Positions 27,595 to 37,055 of a stretch of 64,000 nucleotides of DNA are shown piece after piece. Every line of letters begins with the position of its first letter. The stretch's first letter is position 1. The notes under the pieces were generated by a model, which ran no database searches, was not told the DNA's origin, and saw only the letters and a list, made by a program, of their open reading frames with translations. The position numbers and the translations under genes are program-made. The DNA comes from an uncultured Gammaproteobacteria bacterium. Lineage in GTDB: Bacteria; Patescibacteriota; Microgenomatia; UBA8517; UBA10165. Location of the stretch: contig CAYYLO010000003.1 in assembly GCA_964472675.1 (NCBI GenBank), positions 3,768 to 67,767 of the forward strand, written 5' to 3'.

Positions 27595-28498
27595 GGTTGA
27601 GCAATTACTTTGTTTTTAAATCGCAACTTTCCATTTAACTGGTCTTCTAAAATCCTATCGACAATAAGGTTTGTAATTACTTGAAGTCTTTCTTCTAGTG
27701 TCAAATTAGAGGTTAAGGTCTTTTATTTTCTGGAGTCTTAGTTTGTCTAAATCGTTCTGTTTTACTCATACCCACTCCTTACACACTATCCGTACTACGG
27801 ATATATAATATCTCAAAAATGATTTGTCTGTCAAGGGGTAAAATGACTTAAAAACTGTGTAAACCTGCTTACACTAAAAAAAGGCAAATTGGAAGCTAAA
27901 TTACTGAAATTTTTGTCGCTCTTATACTTTATATATAATATAAAGAGAGAAGATAAAAAATATATGGCTTCTATATCATAAAAAACACCTGCAAACTAAA
28001 ACTTACTTAACCTAAAATATTTAAAAAACCAAAAAGAAAGCTAGATTAAATAACCCTAATCAAAACTATAATTATCACCAATTTAATTCTATAAAAACTC
28101 ACAATTTCCTGCACCCATGTAGATCCTAAAATTACCACTACGCGTAGTGGTAAAAAATTGATCTTTTTGAAGCTAAATACTTAAAAATCTTTCCTATTCA
28201 TTCCTTATATAGATATAAGAGGATGTAAATTCTGTATAAATAATCTCTAAACTATTAAAATAATCCTTACAAAAAATCTGCAAAATACCTAACTAAAAAC
28301 GTCACTAAAAAATAAAAATCGATCTATACTTACTACTCTTTCTTAACCCAAAACACATATCTTTCTTAATTACCAACAAACATTCCTAAACCTCTGAAAT
28401 GAAAGATGTAATTAAAATTAAAAAACAATTAAATAACAATTAAATAACAAGAGCTTATAATCTTTTACTAAAACAGCCACATCTGATATAATCTCGCA
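27595..28498. other. ~900-nt extremely AT-rich (~25% GC) non-coding tract with 20-bp perfect palindrome and 11-bp tandem repeat
   Basis: No ORF >=60 aa. Palindrome taccactacgcgtagtggta at ~28128-28147. caattaaataa x2 at ~28424-28445. Extended -10 tgatataat at 28481-28489 just before ATG 28499. Confidence 0.6.
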
Positions 28499-29308
28499 AT
28501 GATTGAAGCAGGAACGTCACAGGCACGTCAAGAATTTGTTGGTGGACTTGAAGCAGGAGTTACTCATCGAGTAGTAAATGCTCGCCCAATTACACTTTTA
28601 AGTGAATCTGATGGAAAAACAGTTGTAGTAGCAAGAGATTTTAACAAAACCTTGTTTGTGAGGAGAAATTACAAACAAGTTGCCTTAGATAGAATGAATC
28701 AATTAAATGGTGCATCTTTTGAAGATGCTTGGACAGCCTTCCACCAACTATATAGTAGTGTTGGAATAGAATTAGTCCCAAGCGTTGTGATTCGTCCTGA
28801 TCCGAAAGTTTCAATTGTCGAGGCTCCTGTGGTTGTAGCAAGTGAATATATTGATGGAACAGAATTGTCGTTAGCTCCTACAAAAGCAAAAGTTCAAGTT
28901 GCAGAAGCAATGGGAGCTATGCTTAAAACACCTGGAGAATACTATCCAAGTCTTGAATCAATAAGACGAGATATGTTTAGAGTAGGAAGAAATATAGATA
29001 GGACACCCCGTGTTGTTTTGGTTGATGTTGACCCTTTTTTGGTAGATAGAAAAGCAGTTGAATCAACGCCTGATGAAAGAGATAACTGGTTTTCAGAATA
29101 TATTGTACAAGTAAGGGATCTTCTTTGGGATAGATGGTGTAAAGAAGATGAGAGAGCTACGGTATTGACTGCTTTTGCTCGCCCTCTTGGCTTTGTCCTA
29201 AATACATTTGGTCAGAGGGATGGAGAAAGAACTCTAAGAGCTTTTATGAATGTGCAATCGATGGCTAAGGGAATAGATATGCGTAAATTTTCTTCCTTAC
29301 CTTTTTAA
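28499..29308 (+). CDS. hypothetical protein (269 aa), possible atypical kinase-like fold; leaderless-type start
   Basis: No firm motif. VVLVDVDPF (DFG-like) and RRDMFRVGRNID (catalytic-loop-like) are suggestive only. Promoter -10 ends 9 nt before ATG. Confidence 0.45.
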   Translation: MIEAGTSQARQEFVGGLEAGVTHRVVNARPITLLSESDGKTVVVARDFNKTLFVRRNYKQVALDRMNQLNGASFEDAWTAFHQLYSSVGIELVPSVVIRPDPKVSIVEAPVVVASEYIDGTELSLAPTKAKVQVAEAMGAMLKTPGEYYPSLESIRRDMFRVGRNIDRTPRVVLVDVDPFLVDRKAVESTPDERDNWFSEYIVQVRDLLWDRWCKEDERATVLTAFARPLGFVLNTFGQRDGERTLRAFMNVQSMAKGIDMRKFSSLPF

Positions 29309-29444
29309 TCTTTTTTAATACCTCTATATAATTCTTTATTTTTTGCAGTTCATTGGTGCATAGTAATTTATTCCAGTTCCAGATATAATTGAGCTGTAAA
29401 AATAACAGGCGAAGTTTAGCCTGGGGTAGTCAAACTCTTCAAAT

Positions 29445-30146
29445 ATGGCATATAAAGTACGTGTTCAGTCGAATGATGAATCAGTTTTACAGGATGTGAA
29501 TGGAATTCCTGACGCTTGTCCTGCCTGTGGCAAAGGTATTTCTCCGCTATTCTGCTATCAACATGGTGTCGATACCTGGAGAGCTTATGATGGGTTTTTA
29601 CAAATTGTATTTAGATGCCCAAGAAAAGAATGCCAAAGGTTATTTATTGCTGTATATGGAACTGAAAAAGCATTTGCTGGGACAAATTTGATACTGAGAC
29701 GAACTTTATTAATGGATTTTATGGAGTTTGAAAAATTTCCTGAATCCGTAACAAGTATTTCCAGTCAATTTGAAGCAATTTATAATCAATCCAAAATTGC
29801 AGAAGATAACGGCTTGCATCTAATTGCTGGTCCTGGTTATCGCAAAGCATTGGAGTTTTTGGTTAAAGATTATTTAATTAGAACTGATCCGGAGCATGAA
29901 GACCAGATAAAAAAAGAGCAACTTGGCACAGCGATAAAAAGAATTACTGAAAAAAGGATTGAAGCTTGTGCATCCCGGGCGGCTTGGTTAGGAAATGATG
30001 AGACTCATTATGTTAGAAAATGGGAGGATAAAGATTTACAAGATCTTAAAAATCTTATTAAAATGGTTGTTGATTGGATCGATCACATAGAAAGATCAGA
30101 TGGGTATGAACAAGCGATGCCTTCTCCTGAAATTCCCGCCGATTAA
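29445..30146 (+). CDS. zinc-ribbon (CPxC...CPRKEC) protein with C-terminal DUF4145-like alpha-helical domain
   Basis: CPACGKG...CPRKEC four-Cys motif. C-terminal YRKALEFLVKDYL...RAAWLGNDETHY matches the DUF4145 pattern seen in Abi and type I R-M accessory proteins. Confidence 0.5.
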   Translation: MAYKVRVQSNDESVLQDVNGIPDACPACGKGISPLFCYQHGVDTWRAYDGFLQIVFRCPRKECQRLFIAVYGTEKAFAGTNLILRRTLLMDFMEFEKFPESVTSISSQFEAIYNQSKIAEDNGLHLIAGPGYRKALEFLVKDYLIRTDPEHEDQIKKEQLGTAIKRITEKRIEACASRAAWLGNDETHYVRKWEDKDLQDLKNLIKMVVDWIDHIERSDGYEQAMPSPEIPAD

Positions 30147-30164
30147 AAATGATATACTATCCGT

Positions 30165-30365
30165 ATGGGTGATAAACAACTTGGTAAAAAATTAAAAGAA
30201 GCAAGGGAAAAACTGAAGTTAACTCAAAAGCAAGTTGCAGAAAAATCTGGGGTAACTACAAATTGGTATGCTAGGTTTGAAAGAGGAGAGAAATCAGCTT
30301 CTCTTAAAACAATTAAGGATATTTTTAAGGTCTTGAAGTTAAAAGTACCTTCTCCCTTTAATTAA
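30165..30365 (+). CDS. XRE-family helix-turn-helix transcriptional regulator
   Basis: LGKKLKEAREKLKLTQKQVAEKSGVTTNWYARFERGEK is a classic HTH_3 (Cro/C1) motif. Confidence 0.7.
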   Translation: MGDKQLGKKLKEAREKLKLTQKQVAEKSGVTTNWYARFERGEKSASLKTIKDIFKVLKLKVPSPFN

Positions 30366-30565
30366 TTCTTAGGTTGTAATTTTCCTGATTTTTTGTCTTT
30401 TTCAATTTTCTCCACAACAATTTTTGGTAATCCTTTTAAAGTATCCAATAAGCTAATTGCCTGTTCTCGTGTAGCTCTTTCAGGATGCTTCTTTTTAAGC
30501 TCATTTATTGCCCATTCAATCTCTTTTTCTGTATATTTTGTATTAGTCATGATGCATTTTAGCAA
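30362..30565 (-). CDS. hypothetical small protein, convergent with HTH gene
   Basis: 67-aa ORF; no motif. Confidence 0.3.
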   Translation of the reverse strand: MLKCIMTNTKYTEKEIEWAINELKKKHPERATREQAISLLDTLKGLPKIVVEKIEKDKKSGKLQPKN

Positions 30566-30582
30566 TAAATATATTTGTTCAT

Positions 30583-31176
30583 CTAGTGAAAAGTATCTGC
30601 TTGACTCAATTCGGTTGGTGTCGGCTCAAAATTGAACGTATTCATAATTTCTTGAATCATTTCTTCAAAAGGGCTCTCAATAGGATATTCTGCAGTAAAG
30701 GATACCTGACTTTGTTTTCTATTTAGGATTAATCTATTACTTTTTTTAATATCGCCTTCTGTTGACCACACTAACTTATTATCTAATGTGGGTTTTTCTG
30801 TAACAACAGCTATTCTCAATGTTAAATCACCAATTCTGTTTGGTTCGTGAGCTTGTTCCCATGTAACGTGTGTGGAATAGATTCTAATTTCTGAAGAAGA
30901 ATGAGCATCTATACTGACAACACTCCACTCGGAAGGGAGTTTAAAAGTGAATGCATTCGCTTCAGGTTTCCAAACTTTCCAGGCTTTTGGTTCGTCTATA
31001 GCATTTGGTTGAGCAGAAATGGTAGGAATGTTTGATTGAACAAAGGAATCCTTAATCGAGGCAGAATCTTTTTTCATCCTTAAAGAATACAATCCAAAAC
31101 CTATTAAAAGAACCATGCCAATTAAGCAAATGAGTGGTACAAGGTTACCTTTTTTATATGATTTAGATCTTTTCAT
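30583..31176 (-). CDS. hypothetical membrane-anchored protein
   Basis: N-terminal TM helix (LVPLICLIGMVLLIGFGLY); no motif. Confidence 0.4.
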   Translation of the reverse strand: MKRSKSYKKGNLVPLICLIGMVLLIGFGLYSLRMKKDSASIKDSFVQSNIPTISAQPNAIDEPKAWKVWKPEANAFTFKLPSEWSVVSIDAHSSSEIRIYSTHVTWEQAHEPNRIGDLTLRIAVVTEKPTLDNKLVWSTEGDIKKSNRLILNRKQSQVSFTAEYPIESPFEEMIQEIMNTFNFEPTPTELSQADTFH

Positions 31177-31196
31177 CTATTGCATTTTAGCAAAAA

Positions 31197-31643
31197 TCAT
31201 AAAACTTTGTTCAGTTTTAAGAAATTAAACATTTCTAGGGTTAAATCTGTATTATTAATTCTTCTCATAATCTCGCGACTATGCGTTTGAGAAAGTATGT
31301 TTAATGACCCTTCCCAAAGTACTTTTCGATCCAAAATAGCTAATTTGCGGTGATGGTTGCCAACGCATAGTAAAACTTGTACTCCGAGAGTCTCAAAGTA
31401 CTGAATTTCCTCCTCAGATTGGACTTCATGTTCTCTAGGATCGCGGGTAATTACAAAGACCTTAACGCCTATATTAATTAATCTTTCGAAAATGGGTTTT
31501 AGGGTTTTCATCCGGGCAGAGCTGACATATGGAGATTCGATGATAACTTCCTTTCTACAGTCCTCTAAATCCTTTAAAAAAGCTCTATAAAAGGTTTTTT
31601 CGTCATGAAGCTCTGAGTTAAACACCGGAGTCTTCCTCCTCAA
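31197..31643 (-). CDS. phospholipase D-family (single HKD motif) nuclease, Nuc/BfiI-like
   Basis: HHRKLAILDRKVLWEGSLN carries HxKx4Dx6GSxN; 148 aa, would need to dimerise. Confidence 0.65.
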   Translation of the reverse strand: MRRKTPVFNSELHDEKTFYRAFLKDLEDCRKEVIIESPYVSSARMKTLKPIFERLINIGVKVFVITRDPREHEVQSEEEIQYFETLGVQVLLCVGNHHRKLAILDRKVLWEGSLNILSQTHSREIMRRINNTDLTLEMFNFLKLNKVL

Positions 31644-31719
31644 TATCTATGATAGAAACCTGGCCTTCGAAGTAGGTAAACCCAAGATCCTTTAATTTTT
31701 GATATAATCGGGTGAGACT

Positions 31720-31977
31720 TTGGAATATGGTGTTCCAACCATCATCCAAATTGTCCACCATATGGCAGCTAAAAAATTGAGAAGATCATCGACTAATAAA
31801 GTTGTTAGTGGTATATTAGGTGGAATCGGAGAATACTTAAATATTGATCCGGTTGTGGCAAGAATTGTGTTTCTTGCGATCGCAATTTTTACAGGCTTTA
31901 TTCCCGGGCTACTATTCTATTTATTAGCACATTTAGTAGTCCCGGAAGCATCAAACGAAAAATTTAAGCCGAGCTAG
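31720..31977 (+). CDS. PspC-domain membrane protein (alternative start ATG 31762)
   Basis: KKLRRSSTNKVVSGILGGIGEYLNIDPVVARIVFLAIAIFTG..LLFYLLAHLVVP matches PspC domain. Confidence 0.6.
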   Translation: MEYGVPTIIQIVHHMAAKKLRRSSTNKVVSGILGGIGEYLNIDPVVARIVFLAIAIFTGFIPGLLFYLLAHLVVPEASNEKFKPS

Positions 31978-32040
31978 CCAAGTTGGTCACGGCGGGCCCC
32001 TGAAGAGGGTCAGATTTCGGTTCGATTCCGGAGCTCGGCA
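31968..32040 (+). tRNA. tRNA-Phe (GAA)
   Basis: Acceptor GCCGAGC/GCTCGGC, anticodon loop CTGAAGA, T-loop TTCGATT. Confidence 0.8.
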
Positions 32041-32114
32041 CAAACAAATCACATTCGTCCGCGGGTATAACAACCTTGCTTCGCAAGAACGTTGTACGCC
32101 GCTCAAGTATTTTC

Positions 32115-32188
32115 GCGGGTATAGTACAATGGTAGTACACCTGGTTGCCAATCAGGGTACAGGGGTTCGATTCCCCTTACCCGCTCCA
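32115..32188 (+). tRNA. tRNA-Gly (GCC), CCA encoded
   Basis: Acceptor GCGGGTA/TACCCGC, anticodon loop TTGCCAA, T-loop TTCGATT. Confidence 0.85.
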
Positions 32189-32189
32189 G

Positions 32190-32244
32190 ACGGGATACCC
32201 TGGTCAGAAAAGGCCTGAATAGCTTGATATAACGGGCTAATCTT
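32190..32244 (+). repeat. conserved tRNA-Gly 3' trailer element, copy B
   Basis: See copy A at 12979-13033. Confidence 0.7.
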
Positions 32245-32896
32245 GTGGATTCTCACAAAGAATAAACCTTTCCTGGGGTCCAGTGTGATAAAAATAAGTT
32301 TTATCTTCTAGAGATAGACTTATCTTATAACCACCAACAACCGCCAACGTGTATGCCTTGCCAGGTTCTGGACAACCTAAGCTTCCATCTCTCCAGATCG
32401 CTTCTGTCACACTATTAACAATGACCGTATCTCTGCCCACACTTAATCTTTTTGACAAATTGTCGACCACAGCCATAATTAAACTGTGGTTTTTTCCACT
32501 ACAAACACGTATGGGGTTACAAGGAGCTTTCACGCAGATAATTCTTGAGTAATAACAATTTGCTGACTTATCCATTTTCAACTTACATATATTATTTATA
32601 CATTCAGCTGTTCCCTCACATACTCTTTGACAAAGTTTATCCTCTTCACTAATGTGTTTTTTATTCATAGCTGTACATTTACAGATGTTTTTTCCACAAT
32701 CCTCATCCGAGTTACAGGAAAAACTCTCAGGATTGTATGGCTCTCCTGGGATTATTTTTGGCGGAAAACCGTGTTTATTAATTAAAAGAGTCTGAAGAAT
32801 TGTTGACGAATTTACCAAATAGAAACCTGCTGCTAATAATATTAAAACTAGTCCTATTAGAACAAGTGAATTCATTTTTAATTGTTTTAACCCCAT
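32237..32896 (-). CDS. cysteine-rich secreted/membrane-anchored protein, hypothetical
   Basis: N-terminal TM helix, then ~20 Cys in CxxxC-type spacings. Confidence 0.4.
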   Translation of the reverse strand: MGLKQLKMNSLVLIGLVLILLAAGFYLVNSSTILQTLLINKHGFPPKIIPGEPYNPESFSCNSDEDCGKNICKCTAMNKKHISEEDKLCQRVCEGTAECINNICKLKMDKSANCYYSRIICVKAPCNPIRVCSGKNHSLIMAVVDNLSKRLSVGRDTVIVNSVTEAIWRDGSLGCPEPGKAYTLAVVGGYKISLSLEDKTYFYHTGPQERFILCENPQD

Positions 32897-33001
32897 AAGC
32901 TTAATTTATCAGTTTTACTGATATATTTCCATCAATTTGCTAAAAAGAGATAGAGTTCATAAACTATTGACAAAAATTAAGAAATATTGTTAAATATTCT
33001 T

Positions 33002-33268
33002 ATGTCTACAGTAACAATATCACTCCCAAGTCAGATTGCCAAGCAGGTAGACTCTGAAGCCAAAAGACAGGGATTTGCTACCCGTTCTGAGTTTATTAGA
33101 AGCCTAATACGCAAACACTTTACAAAAAGTCAGTTTGAATTGGAGGAATTTGAACCAGTACCTCTAAATCAACTTAAAATGGAACTTGCCCAGACTGGGA
33201 AGCACAGCGAGGAATTTATAAATAGTGTTATTGAGGGCTTTGGAAAATCCTCTTTATATGAGAACTAA
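33002..33268 (+). CDS. ribbon-helix-helix antitoxin (CopG/ParD/RelB-like)
   Basis: MSTVTISLPSQIAKQVDSEAKRQGFATRSEFIRSLIRK is an RHH fold signature. Confidence 0.6.
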   Translation: MSTVTISLPSQIAKQVDSEAKRQGFATRSEFIRSLIRKHFTKSQFELEEFEPVPLNQLKMELAQTGKHSEEFINSVIEGFGKSSLYEN

Positions 33269-33503
33269 AGATCTAAGACTAGATCTTGTTAAATATCTTA
33301 AAAAGCGCAGGCTCGAAAATAAGTTCCAAAAACAGTTCGATCTCTTACTCCAGGACTTCCGACACCCATCACTTCATACAGAAATCCTAGAACCTAAATA
33401 TCGTAAAATTTATTCATTTCGCATTGATCAAAAATATAGAGCAATATTTATAGTAAAAGAAGGAAAGATTCTAATTATTGATATTAATGATCATTATCAG
33501 TAG
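33258..33503 (+). CDS. RelE/ParE-family toxin
   Basis: Overlaps antitoxin by 11 nt. C-terminal KIYSFRIDQKYRAIFIVKEGKILIIDINDH matches the RelE/ParE core. Confidence 0.55.
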   Translation: MRTKDLRLDLVKYLKKRRLENKFQKQFDLLLQDFRHPSLHTEILEPKYRKIYSFRIDQKYRAIFIVKEGKILIIDINDHYQ

Positions 33504-33585
33504 CATAGGTCCGCATTAACTTGGTAAAATGTGTGAAGACGTTATCTAGCAGGGGTTCAAAATAATTTGCGTCTCTCGCTCCAGA

Positions 33586-34932
33586 TTATTTTCTAGTTAT
33601 GGTATAAGTCACCGGATAAAAGAGAGGAATAACCGGTAAATCTTCTAACAAAAAGCGTTGAAAATCATAATAAATAGACTTTCTTGCTTCCGGGTCAAGC
33701 GTTCTTCTCCCGTCTTCTAAAAGTTTGTCAATTCTTGGGCTCTCTTTTGCCGGCGCCCCATATTTTGTCATGTTCGTTCCTGTTTGTGTTGAGTGCCAAA
33801 AGCTGTACTGGTCGGGATCTGAAGGAATACTTTGTATCCAAAGTAATGCTTGAAATTCTTCCGGTGGCGCGTTAACAACTTGAATATTGGTGTGTAAGCC
33901 AATGTCTTCCCAACTTTTTTTAATTTTATCAGCAACGGGAAGAAGACTCGGAAGCGTGACTAAATTAATGTTAATACCTTTTTTAATCTCAACGGGGACG
34001 TTTTTTAAAAGCTCTTTTGCCCGATCAGGGTTGTATTTATAATCTTTAACTTGAGGATTGAAAACCCATGACTTTGGAGAAATTACGCTAAGCGCCCGTT
34101 TTTCAGGGAATTCATCCTTATTGATAGCATAAGCAAGCGCCTGGCGGATATTTTTGTCAGAGGTGACCTTGTCCTGCATATTTAAAAAAATTCCTACATA
34201 TCTATCTTCATTTGTTTTTATATCTATTTTTGCATTATTCCAGGTAATTAAATCTTTAGGGTCAATTATTCCAACAAGCGACCTTACCTGCCCAAGTTTA
34301 TAAGCTGTTAAAGCAATTTCCTCCGTATCGTAAAATCTATAAGTTTTTTTCTCATCCCTTTTTTTATTTACTAATGTTAACGAACGGCTAAATTGTCCAG
34401 TAAATGTAGTTAAATTTGTCACTTTCCAATCCCCCGCTCCTACCAGACCCTTTTTAAATATAGGCTTAGTTACTGCTGTCGGGAAAGGGATATAAGGGTC
34501 TTTATTGAGTGTAAATTTGATTGTTTTTGAATCTATTAGTTCTTTTTTTGCATCTTTGAACTGGTAATTGATATCTCTGGCCTGGATTTCAGTCCCGTCC
34601 TGCCATTTGTAGTTTCCCAGGTGAAAAATCCAAACTCGACCACTTTCCTGGTTTTCCCAGCTTGTGGCAATACCCGGGATTGGCTGGTTGTTTGCATCCA
34701 GCCTGGTTAAGCCAACACTAATCTCCTGTTGGATAACAAGTGGAAGATTGTCAAGGTTAAATTTATCAACAATGCCAACAGTATTACCCGTTTGAAAAAA
34801 TGAGGTAAACCGGGTAAATTTGGAGGAAAACAGAAATATAAAAGCTCCCAATATAACACTTCCCAAAAGGACAAATTTAAACCGCGACAGAAATGCAGCT
34901 GTGAAAATTAGCCAATATCGCAATATTTTCAT
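33586..34932 (-). CDS. ABC transporter substrate-binding protein, family 5 (peptide/oligopeptide type)
   Basis: ISVGLTRLDANNQPIPGIATSWENQ...YKWQDGTEIQARD typical of SBP_bac_5; N-terminal TM anchor. Confidence 0.65.
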   Translation of the reverse strand: MKILRYWLIFTAAFLSRFKFVLLGSVILGAFIFLFSSKFTRFTSFFQTGNTVGIVDKFNLDNLPLVIQQEISVGLTRLDANNQPIPGIATSWENQESGRVWIFHLGNYKWQDGTEIQARDINYQFKDAKKELIDSKTIKFTLNKDPYIPFPTAVTKPIFKKGLVGAGDWKVTNLTTFTGQFSRSLTLVNKKRDEKKTYRFYDTEEIALTAYKLGQVRSLVGIIDPKDLITWNNAKIDIKTNEDRYVGIFLNMQDKVTSDKNIRQALAYAINKDEFPEKRALSVISPKSWVFNPQVKDYKYNPDRAKELLKNVPVEIKKGININLVTLPSLLPVADKIKKSWEDIGLHTNIQVVNAPPEEFQALLWIQSIPSDPDQYSFWHSTQTGTNMTKYGAPAKESPRIDKLLEDGRRTLDPEARKSIYYDFQRFLLEDLPVIPLFYPVTYTITRK

Positions 34933-34941
34933 GTCTTGGGG

Positions 34942-35154
34942 TCAGGAGATTAGGCTTAAAAAGGAAAATGTGACAAAAAGAATTGCAGTTATAATCGTTG
35001 CTCTAAAAAGGAGTTTCTCAAAACCCCTGCGGGTAGCATAAAATTCCCCTGACCCACCCCAGGAAGAACCCATGCCTGCTCCCCGATTTTGAATTAAAAT
35101 AAATACAATGAGTAATATTCCCAGAACCACTTGTGCGACTGATAACGGAGACAT
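34942..35154 (-). CDS. secG: preprotein translocase subunit SecG
   Basis: VLGILLIVFILIQNRGAGMGSSWGGSG matches SecG (LLQxGKGAGxGxxFGGG). Confidence 0.6.
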   Translation of the reverse strand: MSPLSVAQVVLGILLIVFILIQNRGAGMGSSWGGSGEFYATRRGFEKLLFRATIITAILFVTFSFLSLIS

Positions 35155-35192
35155 ATGGACATTATACCTGATGAAAGGTTAATACGTACAAC

Positions 35193-35600
35193 CTACTTAC
35201 TGACCCAAAAGAGGAAGGAAGAAATAACCGATATGACAAACGAAACGACAATGAAAGCGGCAAAAGCTGAAAATGTCATGGCAGGGATAATAAACATATT
35301 AGATTGGAAGCCGGGATATGTAAATGCAACTATAGAAAAACCCCTGACTAAAGTTGTGGCAACATACAAGGTAATAACTCCTGAAACCCATCTGAAAAGG
35401 CCTAAAGTTACTAAGTTGAAAGGTAAAAGTAACAAATTAATTAAAGGCTTAAGTAACGAGTCAGCAAGTGTTAAAGCAAGGGCGCCAAGGGCTAAATATT
35501 GAATATTGTTTTGGTAACTTATACCCCCAAAATTATTAGCAACAAACCAAACGACAAGAATATGTATAAAAAACGATCTTAAAAATCTTTTCATTTGCAA
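35193..35600 (-). CDS. DUF360-family membrane protein (phage-holin-like family 4)
   Basis: LADSLLKPLINLLLLPFNLVTLGLFRWV core plus four TM segments. Confidence 0.4.
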   Translation of the reverse strand: MQMKRFLRSFFIHILVVWFVANNFGGISYQNNIQYLALGALALTLADSLLKPLINLLLLPFNLVTLGLFRWVSGVITLYVATTLVRGFSIVAFTYPGFQSNMFIIPAMTFSAFAAFIVVSFVISVISSFLFWVSK

Positions 35601-35633
35601 AAAGCTACTAATTACATAGTGGGCAGTGTAAAC

Positions 35634-37055
35634 TCACTTGTCAAGAGATTGTGGTAAAAGCTCCTTGAGGCGAAGCTTGAAGTGATAGGCGCGGGCAAAA
35701 CGGTGGGCTTCGTCGCGCATGCGCTGGAGAAGTTTTGTCGCTGGATTGTCCTGACCCAATCGCACTACATTGAATCCACCATCAAACAGTGGAATTACAA
35801 TTTCCTCCTCTCTTTTGGCTAGACCTATTGTGGGGATTACGCTTCCACCTCGGGGGTGTAAAGCTAAAACTTCAAGTGCGGCCGATACTTGTCCTTTGCC
35901 GCCGTCAACAACAATTAGGTCTGGTTTGCCCCAGTCTGCTAAGTGCGAGAACCGACGTGTGAGTGCCTCACTTAGTGAAGCAAAGTCATCAACCCCCTTT
36001 ACCTTCTTTATTCTAAACCTGCGATAGAGCTTCTTTTCCGGTTCTCCGTCGATAAAAGTAACCATTGAGCAGGTTGTCTCTTTACCGCCGGTGTGGGCAA
36101 CGTCGTAACACTCAATTCGGTGGATGGCGCCGAGTGATGGGTGATAAGCGCTTAAAATGTCTTGGAGTGCGCGCAGTTCTTCTTCACGGATGTCGGAAAC
36201 CAAATTTGGGTTCTCCAAATAGGCTTTTGGCTTTTCGTACGGCTTGGTAATGTAAGAAATCTGACGCAACTGGTCGCGAATTCGCGCAGCAGCTTCAAAA
36301 TCTTCCCGCAAGGAGGCAGCTTTCATTTCTCCCAGCAGTTGCTTTTCCAGACGTTTAGTTTTACCTGAGAGCAACGTGGTTATTTTGCGAATGTTGGACT
36401 TATATAGCGCAGTCAGTCTAAGGCGAGAGTCCCGCCCCTGGCGAGGCTCGCCTCCGGCGGCTAAGTCTAAGTCGTGTACGATATTGTTAGGACAAGGATT
36501 ACAAAGTCCGATGTGGGAGTAAAAACAGCCGCGTTTGCCAAGTTTTTTTTGTGAACAATATGGAAAAACCTTTCTGATCTGCCGCAAAACACTTTTTATA
36601 TTGGCTGATGAAGGAAAAGGTCCGAAGTAGCGGTCTCTTTTTGCACTTTTTCCGTTTGTGAAATCTTCACGCCTTGCCATACCCACTTTGGGGAACTCCT
36701 CACTTGTGGAAATTTTGATATAAAGAGGATGTTTGTCGTCTTTGGCGGCTGAGTTGTATTTAGGCAGATGCTTTTTGATTAGTTCTGCTTCCAGAAGAAG
36801 TGCTTCTAACTCTGAAAACACTGGTATTGTGGCAACCTCTATTGCCTCGCGTGCAATATCCTGACTTTTTGTTCCTCGCGCCTGAAGGTGTGAAGAAACT
36901 CTCTCATACACATTTATGCTTTTCCCGACATAAATTGCATTGCCTTGCGCATTTTTAAAAATATAAACCCCAGGCCCTTTAACAAGACTTTTTGCCTGTT
37001 TTCCTAGATCTGATATAAATGAAGGCATAGTTGGCAATAAATCCTCCACCAGCAA
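35634..37055 (-). CDS. uvrC: excinuclease ABC subunit C (short form, 473 aa)
   Basis: N-terminal GIY-YIG (GPGVYIFKN..GNAIYVGKSINVYERVSSH); UvrBC-interaction and endonuclease regions. Confidence 0.8.
   Translation of the reverse strand: MLVEDLLPTMPSFISDLGKQAKSLVKGPGVYIFKNAQGNAIYVGKSINVYERVSSHLQARGTKSQDIAREAIEVATIPVFSELEALLLEAELIKKHLPKYNSAAKDDKHPLYIKISTSEEFPKVGMARREDFTNGKSAKRDRYFGPFPSSANIKSVLRQIRKVFPYCSQKKLGKRGCFYSHIGLCNPCPNNIVHDLDLAAGGEPRQGRDSRLRLTALYKSNIRKITTLLSGKTKRLEKQLLGEMKAASLREDFEAAARIRDQLRQISYITKPYEKPKAYLENPNLVSDIREEELRALQDILSAYHPSLGAIHRIECYDVAHTGGKETTCSMVTFIDGEPEKKLYRRFRIKKVKGVDDFASLSEALTRRFSHLADWGKPDLIVVDGGKGQVSAALEVLALHPRGGSVIPTIGLAKREEEIVIPLFDGGFNVVRLGQDNPATKLLQRMRDEAHRFARAYHFKLRLKELLPQSLDK

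Larger units (their letters stand above)
27089..31967. mobile_element. putative decayed integrative island between tRNA-Val and tRNA-Phe (recombinase remnant + AT-rich spacer + six-gene defence-like cassette)
   Basis: Bounded by tRNA genes. Contains a truncated serine recombinase, a 0.9-kb ~25% GC non-coding tract and non-housekeeping genes including an HKD nuclease, XRE-type HTH protein and DUF4145-like protein. Exact ends undetermined; no att repeats found by eye. Confidence 0.35.
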
